This document shows, piece by piece, positions 36,997-46,648 of a DNA stretch of 64,000 bases. A program made the translations under genes and the position numbers. Under the pieces are notes generated by a model. The model did not search any database. It had not been told where the DNA came from and saw only the letters and a program-made list of their open reading frames with translations. Each line of letters opens with the position of its first letter. Positions within the stretch are counted from its first letter, which is position 1. The DNA is from a virus, in the IMG/VR virus record IMGVR_UViG_3300037189_006220, positions 32,001 through 96,000 of that record, one strand, 5' to 3'.

Positions 36997-37070
36997 TCGG
37001 GATGACAGGACTTGAACCTGCGACATCCTGTTCCCAAAACAGGCACTCTACCAAGCTGAGCTACATCCCG
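36997..37070 (-). tRNA. tRNA-Pro(TGG)
   Basis: Cloverleaf; CCTGT-TTTGGGA-ACAGG. Confidence 0.92.
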
Positions 37071-37071
37071 G

Positions 37072-37158
37072 CGGAAGTGACAGGATTCGAACCTGCGGTT
37101 GGCTTTCACCAACTCTTGTTTTCAAGACAAGCACCATAAGCCTCTCGGTCACACTTCC
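37072..37158 (-). tRNA. tRNA-Ser(TGA)
   Basis: Long variable arm; CTTGT-CTTGAAA-ACAAG. Confidence 0.92.
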
Positions 37159-37310
37159 AAGAAAAGCCTAGCATAAGAATAAAACAGAACCCCCTCACCG
37201 CCTATAAATAGATATCGGAATTGGGGGTTCTGCCATGCAATTTGAGTGTCTCAAAGACTCTTACTAACCAGTGCTTAAGTAGTTAGTAAAAGCGTTCACG
37301 TTTGCACTAC

Positions 37311-37386
<76 letters not shown>

Positions 37387-37389
37387 GTA

Positions 37390-37608
37390 CAAACCCCCGG
37401 CACTCTTTCGAGCTTGTTCCGGGGGTTATAAGTGTGAGTGGGTGGATTGCGTTTTACCACCACGGGTTTCCAGCAGAACATTAGTATGTACCGCACCCGA
37501 CCACCTCTTTTACCCGCTAAGGCAGGGCGCTAACCCGAGGTGTGCTTTAGGCTCCTACTGGAAGAGCACATTCAGCCATCACTCCGCTCAACCCGTCGGT
37601 CTTGCGTT
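37390..37608 (-). ncRNA. candidate structured ncRNA of about 200 nt
   Basis: TTGCAC-17-TACCAT promoter, several stems, terminal hairpin, only a 10-codon ORF. Confidence 0.45.
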
Positions 37609-37647
37609 ATATATATGGTAACACATAAAAATAAATAGTGCAACTGG

Positions 37648-37732
37648 TGGTGGCGGATGAGAGATTTGCACTCCCGAAGGGGAACCCAGCTGATTTACAG
37701 TCAGCCCTCGTTGGCTACTTGAGTAATCCGCC
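37648..37732 (-). tRNA. tRNA-Tyr(GTA)
   Basis: GCTGA-CTGTAAA-TCAGC, variable arm, CCA; atypical T-loop TGCAAAT. Confidence 0.85.
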
Positions 37733-37921
37733 GTAAGAATTTAGTGTACCACAGCACAAAAAGCCCCGGAACTTCCCGAAGCTTTTTGGCATACAACCCC
37801 ACACGAAGCCGAAATGTAAGAGCGTACAAACAGCTCCACCTCGTGGTTGGTCGTATATTAATATTAGCGTAAAGAAAACCCCGCAACAATTTCTTGTTAC
37901 GGGGCAGTCTTATGATGCTAC

Positions 37922-38206
37922 TTAGTTATTGGGATTCCACGTAGCAGTGGGGGTTGCGGTGGTAGCTGGAGCCGAAGCTGAAGCAGTAGCACCGCTCAGG
38001 TCGGGCTGTGCAGGAAGAACAGCCACGATACTTGTTAGAACTGAAATAACACCAGCGATAATCGCACTACCAGCAACTGGTACAAGCGACCCATCGAAGA
38101 GGTTAGATACAGATGCAGTTGTAAACACAGCAAGGAAAGTCTGAATGACAGTCTTGAGTGCACGTTCTCCAGCATACTGCCAGAATGTTTTTGTGAGGAT
38201 AGTCAC
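37922..38206 (-). CDS. r1t-family holin
   Basis: FW..AGERALKT..QT...SVLTSI. Confidence 0.9.
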   Translation of the reverse strand: MTILTKTFWQYAGERALKTVIQTFLAVFTTASVSNLFDGSLVPVAGSAIIAGVISVLTSIVAVLPAQPDLSGATASASAPATTATPTATWNPNN

Positions 38207-38222
38207 GGTAACTCCTTATTTA

Positions 38223-38888
38223 TTAGCGAAGAGGCGAGCCAGCACGTTGCATGGCTGCATAGGTTTGCGGTCCGGGAACGCCATCAACGGCACCCTTGTA
38301 GAGCCAGTGAGCTGCTAGCCACTTCTGTGTTGCAGTCCACGTTTTTGGTCCAGCGATTCCGTCAACAGTCCCTGAGTATCCCCAATACTGTGCAAGATAC
38401 CCCTGAAGAGCTTTCCAGTTACGCTTCTGGATTACACCCGGCTCGGGAATCGGAGCAGGAATACCCACGAAGTGTGCATGCCAAGACTCTGAACCAATGT
38501 CGAAAACAAAACCGTGCTTAGCAAAAATTGCCGTTACAGTTCCGTTATCGTGACCGGGAGATACGTCAGCAGCCTTACCCCAACCGTGGATTGACCCACC
38601 GGGATAAGCAGCAGATGGTGTCTCACCGCGGTGCATACGTCCATACTGAAACCACTGGTTCGACTGACGAGTCGAGGTGAGTCGCTCATCTTTGATGTGC
38701 TGGTCAGCAGGAATACCAAGAGGACGGTAACCCTCATTGATATTGATTTTGATTTTGCTAGCAGCGCACTCAGCAATAGCAGCCTGAAGTGCGTAGGCAA
38801 CATCGGGCTTGAAATAATCGTTCTGTACCCGAATCATTGCGCCGGTAGGGATTTGACCATTTTTGTAGCCACCCCAATTGTCAGCCAT
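38223..38888 (-). CDS. endolysin: M15/VanY-like peptidase plus peptidoglycan-binding repeats
   Basis: EGYR, AA.PG.SIHGWGKAAD, ESWH; YSGTVDGIAGPKT x2. Confidence 0.88.
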   Translation of the reverse strand: MADNWGGYKNGQIPTGAMIRVQNDYFKPDVAYALQAAIAECAASKIKININEGYRPLGIPADQHIKDERLTSTRQSNQWFQYGRMHRGETPSAAYPGGSIHGWGKAADVSPGHDNGTVTAIFAKHGFVFDIGSESWHAHFVGIPAPIPEPGVIQKRNWKALQGYLAQYWGYSGTVDGIAGPKTWTATQKWLAAHWLYKGAVDGVPGPQTYAAMQRAGSPLR

Positions 38889-38933
38889 GTTTCTCCTTAG
38901 TTGTTGTCTTTTAATTCTAACAGAGACAGATTA

Positions 38934-39194
38934 CTATTTCTTAGAATCGCTTGTTTCTGCGGTTTCTGTAGCTACAACAGGAACCTCGGCAAGAAGACCC
39001 TCGAAGTAGGCAATGATGCTCTTAATAGCATCAATAGACTGATTCGACTGAGTAAGAAGCTCCTCATTATTTGTGTCTTGAGCGAGCTTTAGATTGAGTT
39101 CGTGCTGATATCCCTCGGCAGCAAACTGAGCAATCTTGCGCTGGAGCAAGATGCTTTTATCTTCGTCTGTGAGGTATGCGTCAAAGTCTGACAT
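38934..39194 (-). CDS. hypothetical protein
   Basis: ORF with AGGAG SD. Confidence 0.6.
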   Translation of the reverse strand: MSDFDAYLTDEDKSILLQRKIAQFAAEGYQHELNLKLAQDTNNEELLTQSNQSIDAIKSIIAYFEGLLAEVPVVATETAETSDSKK

Positions 39195-39238
39195 TTTTTC
39201 TCCTAGTAGTAGAAAGTATCTAGAAGAATATTATCACA

Positions 39239-39568
39239 CTATTTACCAGAAATGATGGCTTGAATCTCTTCTTGTGTCAGACCAAGAGCAAGAAGTTTTT
39301 CGGTAGCAGAAACAATATGAGGGTCAACTAGTGGCACATTGCGGATATCTTCATAACTTTTAATCCACGCATTTCCCCACGCAATAGCCTCCTTTTCACT
39401 GGCCCAAGCTTCTCCCGTTTCGGGACTCCAAGGTTGCATTGCGATAATGCCATCTGCACCATCAGTTACAACCGGAAAAACTCCTTCAATACCACGAGAA
39501 AATTCAACAATCTGTTCTTCTGTGTACTGGTAAAAATCTCCAGTACCACTATAAATTTCTACATTCAT
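39239..39568 (-). CDS. putative tail fibre assembly/chaperone protein
   Basis: C-terminal KLLALGLTQEEI; follows an RBP gene. Confidence 0.55.
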   Translation of the reverse strand: MNVEIYSGTGDFYQYTEEQIVEFSRGIEGVFPVVTDGADGIIAMQPWSPETGEAWASEKEAIAWGNAWIKSYEDIRNVPLVDPHIVSATEKLLALGLTQEEIQAIISGK

Positions 39569-39579
39569 TTTTACTCCAA

Positions 39580-41832
39580 TTAGATTCGGGGTGCATTGTA
39601 TCTAGTATCCCAGATACGGAAATCATTACCATTTGCTCCAACAGTCATAAAACCATTAGTCACAGGATTAAAGTATGACCCAGCTGATGTAGATTTTACT
39701 ATTCCAGTTGACGCAGAAAGTCTAGTTGATGCGGGATAATATTTAGAGGCTCCCGTAATAGAGTTCACAATAGCAACACCAGCGTAAGTTTTTCCGTCAG
39801 AGTTTAACCCAGTAAAGCCACCATATAGGTAGACATCAGTTCCATTGACTGCAATTGAGTACCAGTTTGTACTACCTGATGATACCACCACCGGGACGGA
39901 AGTAGCTCCTAGTCCTGTAGTTGCATTAATTACTGCCACACCATTGCATGTAACTCCATTGACTTGAGTGGAGTTTACAATAATATAGAGACTATTTCCT
40001 ATAACATATGCATCTTGTACACCGGCAGTATACCCATACCCATCATATCCGACATTAGTTAATGGGTTTGCCCACACACGAGTAGTTTTATCGTATATAT
40101 ACACACCATGTGGAAAAGTAGTATTTCCATTTACGGTATCAAAATATCCGCATACATATACGCTATTACCACTTATGAGTACTTTTGTCATAGTAGCATT
40201 TTGTGAACCATTACTATCATAAAATTGAGTACTAGCAATATATGAACCAGTTGTCGCATTAACGATTACATGACCTGCAAGAGTATACGTTATTGCAAAA
40301 GTACTCATCACTCCAACAATATGAAGAGCATTATTAGTTGAGTCGTAGGCAACTGAATAAGTAGTACCTCGCCAATAACCACCATTGCCGTCATCTTGAT
40401 AAGTATTGGCATTAAATGACGACAAAGAGCCAGTTACCCCATCTACTGACCCAAGACCGGGTCTAAGAGAACCATTAATATAGCCACCAGAGGAAGCATC
40501 TTGCCAACCCATATACAGAGTGCTATTAACTAAAAAGAAGTATGGAACAGCATCTACAGTCGGGTAAAAACTTGAGACGATTGAACCATCAGAGTATACC
40601 GCCCCAATGAGGTACCTCTCCGCGTAGTCAGTATTTGTGCTGGTACAGGATACTACAACATTTGTCCCATCGTACAAAGCATTGTATACAGCATAAACTT
40701 TTGGAGCATAGGTTACGGCACCAGTAGATGTATCAAACCCAAACAAAGATGATGCGCTATATCCCGAAGGCTTCATCATAGAATTAAGATTAATAGTTGC
40801 AACATATAGAGTACTGCCAACTACAAATAATGCACTGGGACTAAAACTAGCAGAGCTACCTCCTGTAAGAGACAGGGTTGGATTAAAAGAAGTCAAACCA
40901 GAACTAATATCAATAGCAGCCAATCCCGCCCTAGCTACACTACTTACTTGAGTAATTCCAGCACCAGCTACATACAGAACCGTACCACCGAGAGCCATAT
41001 AGGTGACACCACCAGAAGCGGAAACAGTCGGATTAAAACTAGTTAAGGCACCAGTAGAAATAGTAAAGGCAGCGACATTTACCCTAGAAGATGCCAGACC
41101 AGAGGCAGTAGTAAAAGCTCCTCCGACATACACGGTATCCCCAGAAACCACCAAACTTCTGACAGTACCCAAACTAGATACGGTACTCGGGCTTGTTGTA
41201 CCAAGCCAGCTTCCTGTTGTTGCATTAACAGTGGCTAAACCCGGGGATGAGTTTGCTGATGAACCTATCGTACTAAAAAATCCACCAATAATAAGACTAC
41301 TACCAGACACCGCTAGTGCATATACAGCAGGAGCATAAGGACTCGCTCCAAACCCACCGACATCAAAACTTAATACGGAGCCAGTGGTTGAATCCACTGC
41401 TACTAGACGGTCTCGCGTGACACCATTTGCTAATGTAAAACTTCCACCAACATATAGCGTAGTTCCATTTAGATATAGCACTTGAACAGTACCATTCAAC
41501 GTAAGATTGAATGTCGAGTCAACTACTCCAGAAGAATTAATTTTTTGTACTGAACCAGCACTACTAAATCCAAGATAGTAGTTACCACTGCCATCAGAAA
41601 TCATTTTATAGGGAGGAGTTCCACTATAAAATTTAGAGTTTACAGTTGAGCCACTTACCTTACTTATTCCATTTGCAGTATTGGTATTCCAGATGGCTCT
41701 AAAGTTTCCACCTAAATATGTAATTCCAGAGGTTTCATCAAAAGCATAGCTATATACACTTCCACTAGAAGCATATTTTGGAATATGTTTTTTAGAACTA
41801 GCTACTGGTTGAATTGCAGGATTTACAGCCAT
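39580..41832 (-). CDS. receptor-binding/tail protein with beta-propeller repeats
   Basis: Repeated LYVGGxFT...LAA.D..TG...FNP. Confidence 0.75.
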   Translation of the reverse strand: MAVNPAIQPVASSKKHIPKYASSGSVYSYAFDETSGITYLGGNFRAIWNTNTANGISKVSGSTVNSKFYSGTPPYKMISDGSGNYYLGFSSAGSVQKINSSGVVDSTFNLTLNGTVQVLYLNGTTLYVGGSFTLANGVTRDRLVAVDSTTGSVLSFDVGGFGASPYAPAVYALAVSGSSLIIGGFFSTIGSSANSSPGLATVNATTGSWLGTTSPSTVSSLGTVRSLVVSGDTVYVGGAFTTASGLASSRVNVAAFTISTGALTSFNPTVSASGGVTYMALGGTVLYVAGAGITQVSSVARAGLAAIDISSGLTSFNPTLSLTGGSSASFSPSALFVVGSTLYVATINLNSMMKPSGYSASSLFGFDTSTGAVTYAPKVYAVYNALYDGTNVVVSCTSTNTDYAERYLIGAVYSDGSIVSSFYPTVDAVPYFFLVNSTLYMGWQDASSGGYINGSLRPGLGSVDGVTGSLSSFNANTYQDDGNGGYWRGTTYSVAYDSTNNALHIVGVMSTFAITYTLAGHVIVNATTGSYIASTQFYDSNGSQNATMTKVLISGNSVYVCGYFDTVNGNTTFPHGVYIYDKTTRVWANPLTNVGYDGYGYTAGVQDAYVIGNSLYIIVNSTQVNGVTCNGVAVINATTGLGATSVPVVVSSGSTNWYSIAVNGTDVYLYGGFTGLNSDGKTYAGVAIVNSITGASKYYPASTRLSASTGIVKSTSAGSYFNPVTNGFMTVGANGNDFRIWDTRYNAPRI

Positions 41833-42224
41833 TAGATGATAGCCGTATCTCCCGCGATAAGCCACTCATCTGTGTTGAGCTTAATCGCTGTAATCACAGA
41901 ATATTGTGCACGGGACTTAAGGGTCGTATTATTGCGAAGCGTAACTCCAGATGCAGGAGCGACAACAATTTGACCAGCTCCGTATTGAACAAGAGTAATG
42001 GTATCTCCAGTGACACCTAAGCTTTGCGGAATAGTTATAGTGGTACTCGATGCTGAATTAACAAGAATCAATGCTCGTACATCTACGGAACCCAGCGTGG
42101 TGTTGGTCGTATATGTTGTAGTAGCCACATAGGAGTATCCAGAAGTACCAGTCGCACCACTTGCACCTACGGCAACTGCCTCCCAAAGACCAGTAGTAGA
42201 GTTGTATTTTTTAAGAACTGACAT
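41832..42224 (-). CDS. tail fibre adaptor protein
   Basis: KKYN...W..V..G N-terminus; ITIP..G...Q.GAGQI...W...GD. Confidence 0.7.
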   Translation of the reverse strand: MSVLKKYNSTTGLWEAVAVGASGATGTSGYSYVATTTYTTNTTLGSVDVRALILVNSASSTTITIPQSLGVTGDTITLVQYGAGQIVVAPASGVTLRNNTTLKSRAQYSVITAIKLNTDEWLIAGDTAII

Positions 42225-43393
42225 TATGCCCACGCTCCAGTAGATGTAGATGTTCCGCTTGAAGATAGTGGGGTAACAATCATATAGTTATCTGCATAAA
42301 GTGTCACAACACCGCTTGTCTGAGCAGCTGCCCAATAGTATGAAGGAATAATTGTTCCAGCAGTAGTAATTTTTAGGATTCCACTTCCGCGAACAAGATA
42401 AACCCTACCAGCTGCGCCAGATGCAGCAGAGAGTGCCATTGAACTTGTTGTAGTTATTGCAGTTGAGGCAATCTGAAACTCGTTAGCTGCACCACCATCA
42501 GTAATCGAAGCTGTTCCATCCCATGCCAAGGTACCGACCGCAGTACCAGAACCCCTTATGTTAAATGGGAAAGCAGAGGAAACTACAGATGTTGCAACAA
42601 GCATCCTCACTGAAAGCTCGACTCTATATGTTCCCACAGGGAGAGTAATTGTGTCATTTGCAGCTGGAAACAAAGGGTAGTTTGTTGTTGCAGCGACACC
42701 AGATGTTCCAACACCAGAGGTAAAAACTGGAGTAGCAATAGGAGCGCGACCAACGCTTGTGTTGGAAGTTAGTGTAGTTATCGTACCGTCATATTCCACA
42801 GCCCCCGCAGCCGGGGTTGTAATAACTGTACCACTGCTTAGTTTCAATGGCGCGTTTCCACTAGCTCCACCCGTAGATGCGCCCAGTGTTAGCGTCGTAT
42901 TTCCACCAGTAGTTGCGCCACCCGTGAGGGTACTAAGACCCGTAACACTTAGCGTAGAGCCAAGGGTGGTTGCACCCGTAGCCCCGAGGGTTGTAGATGC
43001 AGATACAGAAGTAGTTGAAATACCACCATTAGCTGTCAAAGCACCAGTAAGAGTAGTAGTGCTTGTTACCGATAGTGTTCCAGAAGCAGTAATTGATGCG
43101 CCACCTAGAGTTCCCGTGACCGTCGGAGAAGCGAGAGTCAGTCCCGAAATGGTGGCACTATTAATCCAGTTAGTTCCGTTATACGTTAGTAATTGACCAC
43201 CCAAGGGCGAGCTAATTACTGCATCACTAAGGTCTTGAACCTTTAAAGTTGTGCTTGAAATAGACGTATCAAGCCACAAAAGAGAAGTATCAGCTGGAGC
43301 AGTAGCAGCTTGAACAATTGCCTGTGCCGTAGCACCGACAATAATTGGCTTCCACGATGATGACGCGGTGTCATAGTATTTTGCGACTGTCAT
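42224..43393 (-). CDS. tail fibre protein
   Basis: T/S/G-rich; DLSD.I..P..GQLL.YNG..W.N repeat. Confidence 0.75.
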   Translation of the reverse strand: MTVAKYYDTASSSWKPIIVGATAQAIVQAATAPADTSLLWLDTSISSTTLKVQDLSDAVISSPLGGQLLTYNGTNWINSATISGLTLASPTVTGTLGGASITASGTLSVTSTTTLTGALTANGGISTTSVSASTTLGATGATTLGSTLSVTGLSTLTGGATTGGNTTLTLGASTGGASGNAPLKLSSGTVITTPAAGAVEYDGTITTLTSNTSVGRAPIATPVFTSGVGTSGVAATTNYPLFPAANDTITLPVGTYRVELSVRMLVATSVVSSAFPFNIRGSGTAVGTLAWDGTASITDGGAANEFQIASTAITTTSSMALSAASGAAGRVYLVRGSGILKITTAGTIIPSYYWAAAQTSGVVTLYADNYMIVTPLSSSGTSTSTGAWA

Positions 43394-43444
43394 TGCCTAC
43401 TCCATAAATTCTATATAACTAAGTATAGATTACTTAGCGGTACT

Positions 43445-43933
43445 TTAGACCGTAGGAAAGATTCTAGGAGTAAATTTTTCCCATTTACGAGCATCTTCAT
43501 TCCACAAGTATTGTAACCCATCCGTGGGACGAGGCTCGGGAGCAGACCAGTGGTGGTTTACAGAGTCAAAAATCCACGAAGGGAAAGGTTGCCCCAGATT
43601 ACTAATATCAAATGTCAACAGTTTTTCAAAATAATCAGTACCGTGGATAGCCCAAACCAAGACATCATACGACTTGTTAGGTTCAATGACATCTACACGC
43701 TCTGACACAAGGTAGTCTTGGTCAGTGGAGATGAACTTATTGTCCCCCACAGGGTAGCTCCCTGTGGAAACCGTAGTCTTCCCATCAAGCAAGTTATAGC
43801 CAAAACGGAACGGGTCAAGGAAATCTATCTCCTTGGGAACCGAAAAGAATATATCAAGAAAGGGAGCAACAGCTTCGCTGGTGTCCGATATTACTTCAAT
43901 ATTTTTATTTTCCGTATCAATAAATATTTTCAT
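43445..43933 (-). CDS. putative tail-associated chaperone
   Basis: QPFPSW...W..P.P.P...Y.WNE...W motif. Confidence 0.6.
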   Translation of the reverse strand: MKIFIDTENKNIEVISDTSEAVAPFLDIFFSVPKEIDFLDPFRFGYNLLDGKTTVSTGSYPVGDNKFISTDQDYLVSERVDVIEPNKSYDVLVWAIHGTDYFEKLLTFDISNLGQPFPSWIFDSVNHHWSAPEPRPTDGLQYLWNEDARKWEKFTPRIFPTV

Positions 43934-44886
43934 TACAGACTCCTATCTGTGGGGTAGTAAATGATAACGATTCCCGAGCTACCCTGCATATAGTTTGTGT
44001 ATGGGGTGACATCTCTCCAACCACCTGTGCCGTCATTAACAGGACCCAATCCTCCATTACCACTGTTTGCAGCTGGAAGTACAGCACTAATATATGTTGT
44101 AGTATTTGTATTTGTAGCACCACCGTGGGAGTAGGTACCTCCAAGGTCAGGGTTTGTCCATGAGTTTCCGCCGTTGTTACCCCCAGCGGGGTAATTTTGC
44201 CCAGCAGAGGTTGCTCCACCTCCAGAACCCGCAGAAATTCCAGTTTCAGTTCCGTATCCTCCAGCAAAACCCTGACCTGAAGGACTTGCCGCACCCCCCG
44301 GGTACGTGGTAAGCCCTCCGTTGTCCGGGGAACCACCACCACCACCGCTTCCTCCAGCACTTGCAGGATATGCGGTACCAGACCCGCCAGTTCCATTGTA
44401 GTTAAAGTATGTGTTGGGCGCAGTTCCTCCACGACCACCACCAGTAGCCGTAGCTAACGCACCGATACTACTGTTTCCACCGTTAGTGGGTGCTGGAGTA
44501 CTGGTCACTGTCCCGCCAGGACCCACGGTTACTGCATAGCTAGTAGCAGATACCGTCAATAGTGGATTGTTGGGTCCTCCAGAATACAGGGCTGTTCCGC
44601 TATACCATAAAAGTCCACCAGCTCCACCACCACCACCTACATAGAGCGTGTTTCCGGGGTTAGAATATCCCCAACCACCTGCACCGCCACCAGCAACAAC
44701 ACATGCCTTAACTTTTCCACTAGTTGTTCCAATAGAGGATACGGCAAACGTACCACCAGCAGTAAAGGTATGCACTTTATAGGGAACGCCAGCAATAGTT
44801 GTAGTGGTTACCGTCCCACCCGTGGCAGTAATTGGAGTAAAAGAACTATAACCAGCAGTAAACGTGGCTTGTTGTATGCCAGTCAT
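43933..44886 (-). CDS. glycine-rich tail fibre protein
   Basis: ATGG...Y.VHTFT..G.F, VVAGGG.GG, GGGGAGG, SGIVII.Y. Confidence 0.8.
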   Translation of the reverse strand: MTGIQQATFTAGYSSFTPITATGGTVTTTTIAGVPYKVHTFTAGGTFAVSSIGTTSGKVKACVVAGGGAGGWGYSNPGNTLYVGGGGGAGGLLWYSGTALYSGGPNNPLLTVSATSYAVTVGPGGTVTSTPAPTNGGNSSIGALATATGGGRGGTAPNTYFNYNGTGGSGTAYPASAGGSGGGGGSPDNGGLTTYPGGAASPSGQGFAGGYGTETGISAGSGGGATSAGQNYPAGGNNGGNSWTNPDLGGTYSHGGATNTNTTTYISAVLPAANSGNGGLGPVNDGTGGWRDVTPYTNYMQGSSGIVIIYYPTDRSL

Positions 44887-45482
44887 TACGAAAGTCCGTT
44901 TCCACCAATAATCCATGTGGTGGCAGCAATCTTAACAAGAGTAGCCATTCCGTACTGTGCCAAGGTTCGAGTACCAGTTGTTCCAGCAGTATTCGCAAAA
45001 ATCAAAGTATCAGTGGTAATAGCAATGTTAGTAGTGACACCCGAGCCATTAATGATAGAAATGGTAGCACCGATAGGAAATGCTACTGACGAGTTCGCAG
45101 GAATAGTAATTGTCTGACCAGTAACAGTCATATAGACATGCTTACCCGAATCAGAGATGGCAAGAGTATATGAAGCACTCTTTGAGAGCTGTGGCATACC
45201 CATAAATCCCACACCGGAAGCAGCTGTCGCTGCTACACCATCTCGGACAGTAGAAGAGTTTACCCATGCGGTTCCGTTGTACTGTACAAGTTGTCCTGAA
45301 GTGGCGGAAGCAATAGTAACATCACTAAGGTCATCAAGAGCGAGCTGTCCACCAGTAGATGTTGTATCCATCCAAACAACATTTGGGTCGGTAGGCGCAG
45401 TGGAGCCAACAACTACGCCAGACGATGAGCCACCGATAAGCTCCCAGCCATTAGCTGTTTTTACATATGCATTTCTAGCCAT
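44886..45482 (-). CDS. tail fibre adaptor protein
   Basis: LDDLSDV, TITIPANSSVAFPIG, W.I.G.GL. Confidence 0.75.
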   Translation of the reverse strand: MARNAYVKTANGWELIGGSSSGVVVGSTAPTDPNVVWMDTTSTGGQLALDDLSDVTIASATSGQLVQYNGTAWVNSSTVRDGVAATAASGVGFMGMPQLSKSASYTLAISDSGKHVYMTVTGQTITIPANSSVAFPIGATISIINGSGVTTNIAITTDTLIFANTAGTTGTRTLAQYGMATLVKIAATTWIIGGNGLS

Positions 45483-45490
45483 TTTATGTC

Positions 45491-46639
45491 CTATAGCTCC
45501 GCTTCAGCTGTATATTGAAAACCAATACCAGCAGCACTTGCAGTGCCACTAGAATATACAAGTGTAACATTTGTATTACCAGAACCAGTATCTGCGTAAA
45601 CAGTCTGTCCTTGTGTGGTAGTTGACCCCAAGATAAAGCGTTGACATTTTCCGGAGGCTCCAAGAGCATCGTAACAGGTCACTGTTGTTGGGGGCACACG
45701 TTTAGTGACCTTGTATATTATTTGTCCACCAATATATCCCGTTGTTACAGCACCTACGTTTTGACTACCGTAAACCATTCCCACGTTTGAGGCAGTGCCG
45801 GGAGCTACTCCAACATCATATGACTTTTCATAGTATCGCTGACATGCAGCAAGCTCCGCCTGAAGGCTAGGTGCTGAACGACGGAATGGGGAAGCCGCGG
45901 GACCTTCTTCTACCTGTACTCCCGTGAAATAGACAGTATTTGAGGCTGAAGAAACAGATGTAAACCTAATAAATCTAAGTTCAGTATTATCATTTGTGGC
46001 GGCACCAGTTGGGCGTGAAGATTGGTAAGTTGACGGTAGTGTCACCGTATAGCTAAATCGTTGCCACGATGTAGTGAGGTTAAAGTATGTCTCACTATAG
46101 TCTTGGTCGAAGTCAAATTTAGCAGTAATCGCCGTAGCTGCCTTTGCGTAAAACGATACCGTAATTGTTTTACCAGCAAAAAGATATTTTCCATTTTCAA
46201 TACTCTGCATGACCATGTGGTCTCCACCAGAAATATTGGATGACCATGATAGCGCCGCTGAGTATTGGACACCAACACCGGATGGAACATCAGTACTTTG
46301 AGCAAGAGTCAAAGCAACTGCTGAAGCCCCAGAGGAAATTATCTTATATCGGTCAGCACTCGGATACCCCGATGTATTTAACGCTTGAGGCGCTGAGGTA
46401 GAGCGTTGCCAGTAATCCAGCGCACCGTTAATGATGTAGTTAGGGGAGGTAGGAACGCTATTCCACGTAGTGTCATAGCTATTAGCAGAAGCCTTAGCTA
46501 AGACTTGCCCCGCGGAACCACCCGAAGGAACTCCAACCGTAGTCACCGACGCAGAACGCCATGCACCTATAGTTGAGTCATAGGTGTAGTTATTAAAAGT
46601 CTGCCCGTTAGTTGGGGATGAAGGGAAGTCAAGTGCCAT
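45491..46639 (-). CDS. tail fibre/RBP with carbohydrate-binding-like domain
   Basis: NYIING..DYWQR, DRY, GVQVEEG...PF, ELAACQRYYEKSY...AEL. Confidence 0.8.
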   Translation of the reverse strand: MALDFPSSPTNGQTFNNYTYDSTIGAWRSASVTTVGVPSGGSAGQVLAKASANSYDTTWNSVPTSPNYIINGALDYWQRSTSAPQALNTSGYPSADRYKIISSGASAVALTLAQSTDVPSGVGVQYSAALSWSSNISGGDHMVMQSIENGKYLFAGKTITVSFYAKAATAITAKFDFDQDYSETYFNLTTSWQRFSYTVTLPSTYQSSRPTGAATNDNTELRFIRFTSVSSASNTVYFTGVQVEEGPAASPFRRSAPSLQAELAACQRYYEKSYDVGVAPGTASNVGMVYGSQNVGAVTTGYIGGQIIYKVTKRVPPTTVTCYDALGASGKCQRFILGSTTTQGQTVYADTGSGNTNVTLVYSSGTASAAGIGFQYTAEAEL

Positions 46640-46648
46640 GTTCTTATC

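Noticed and set aside
36996-37112. N-terminal extension of the FkbM ORF given in the track
   Set aside because: It runs through tRNA-Pro and tRNA-Ser; chance open frame.
37390-37608. tmRNA, RNase P RNA or group I intron
   Set aside because: No tRNA-like ends, no GAGGAAAGUCC, and only a P-like CUGCUGGAAA with no Q/R/S partners.
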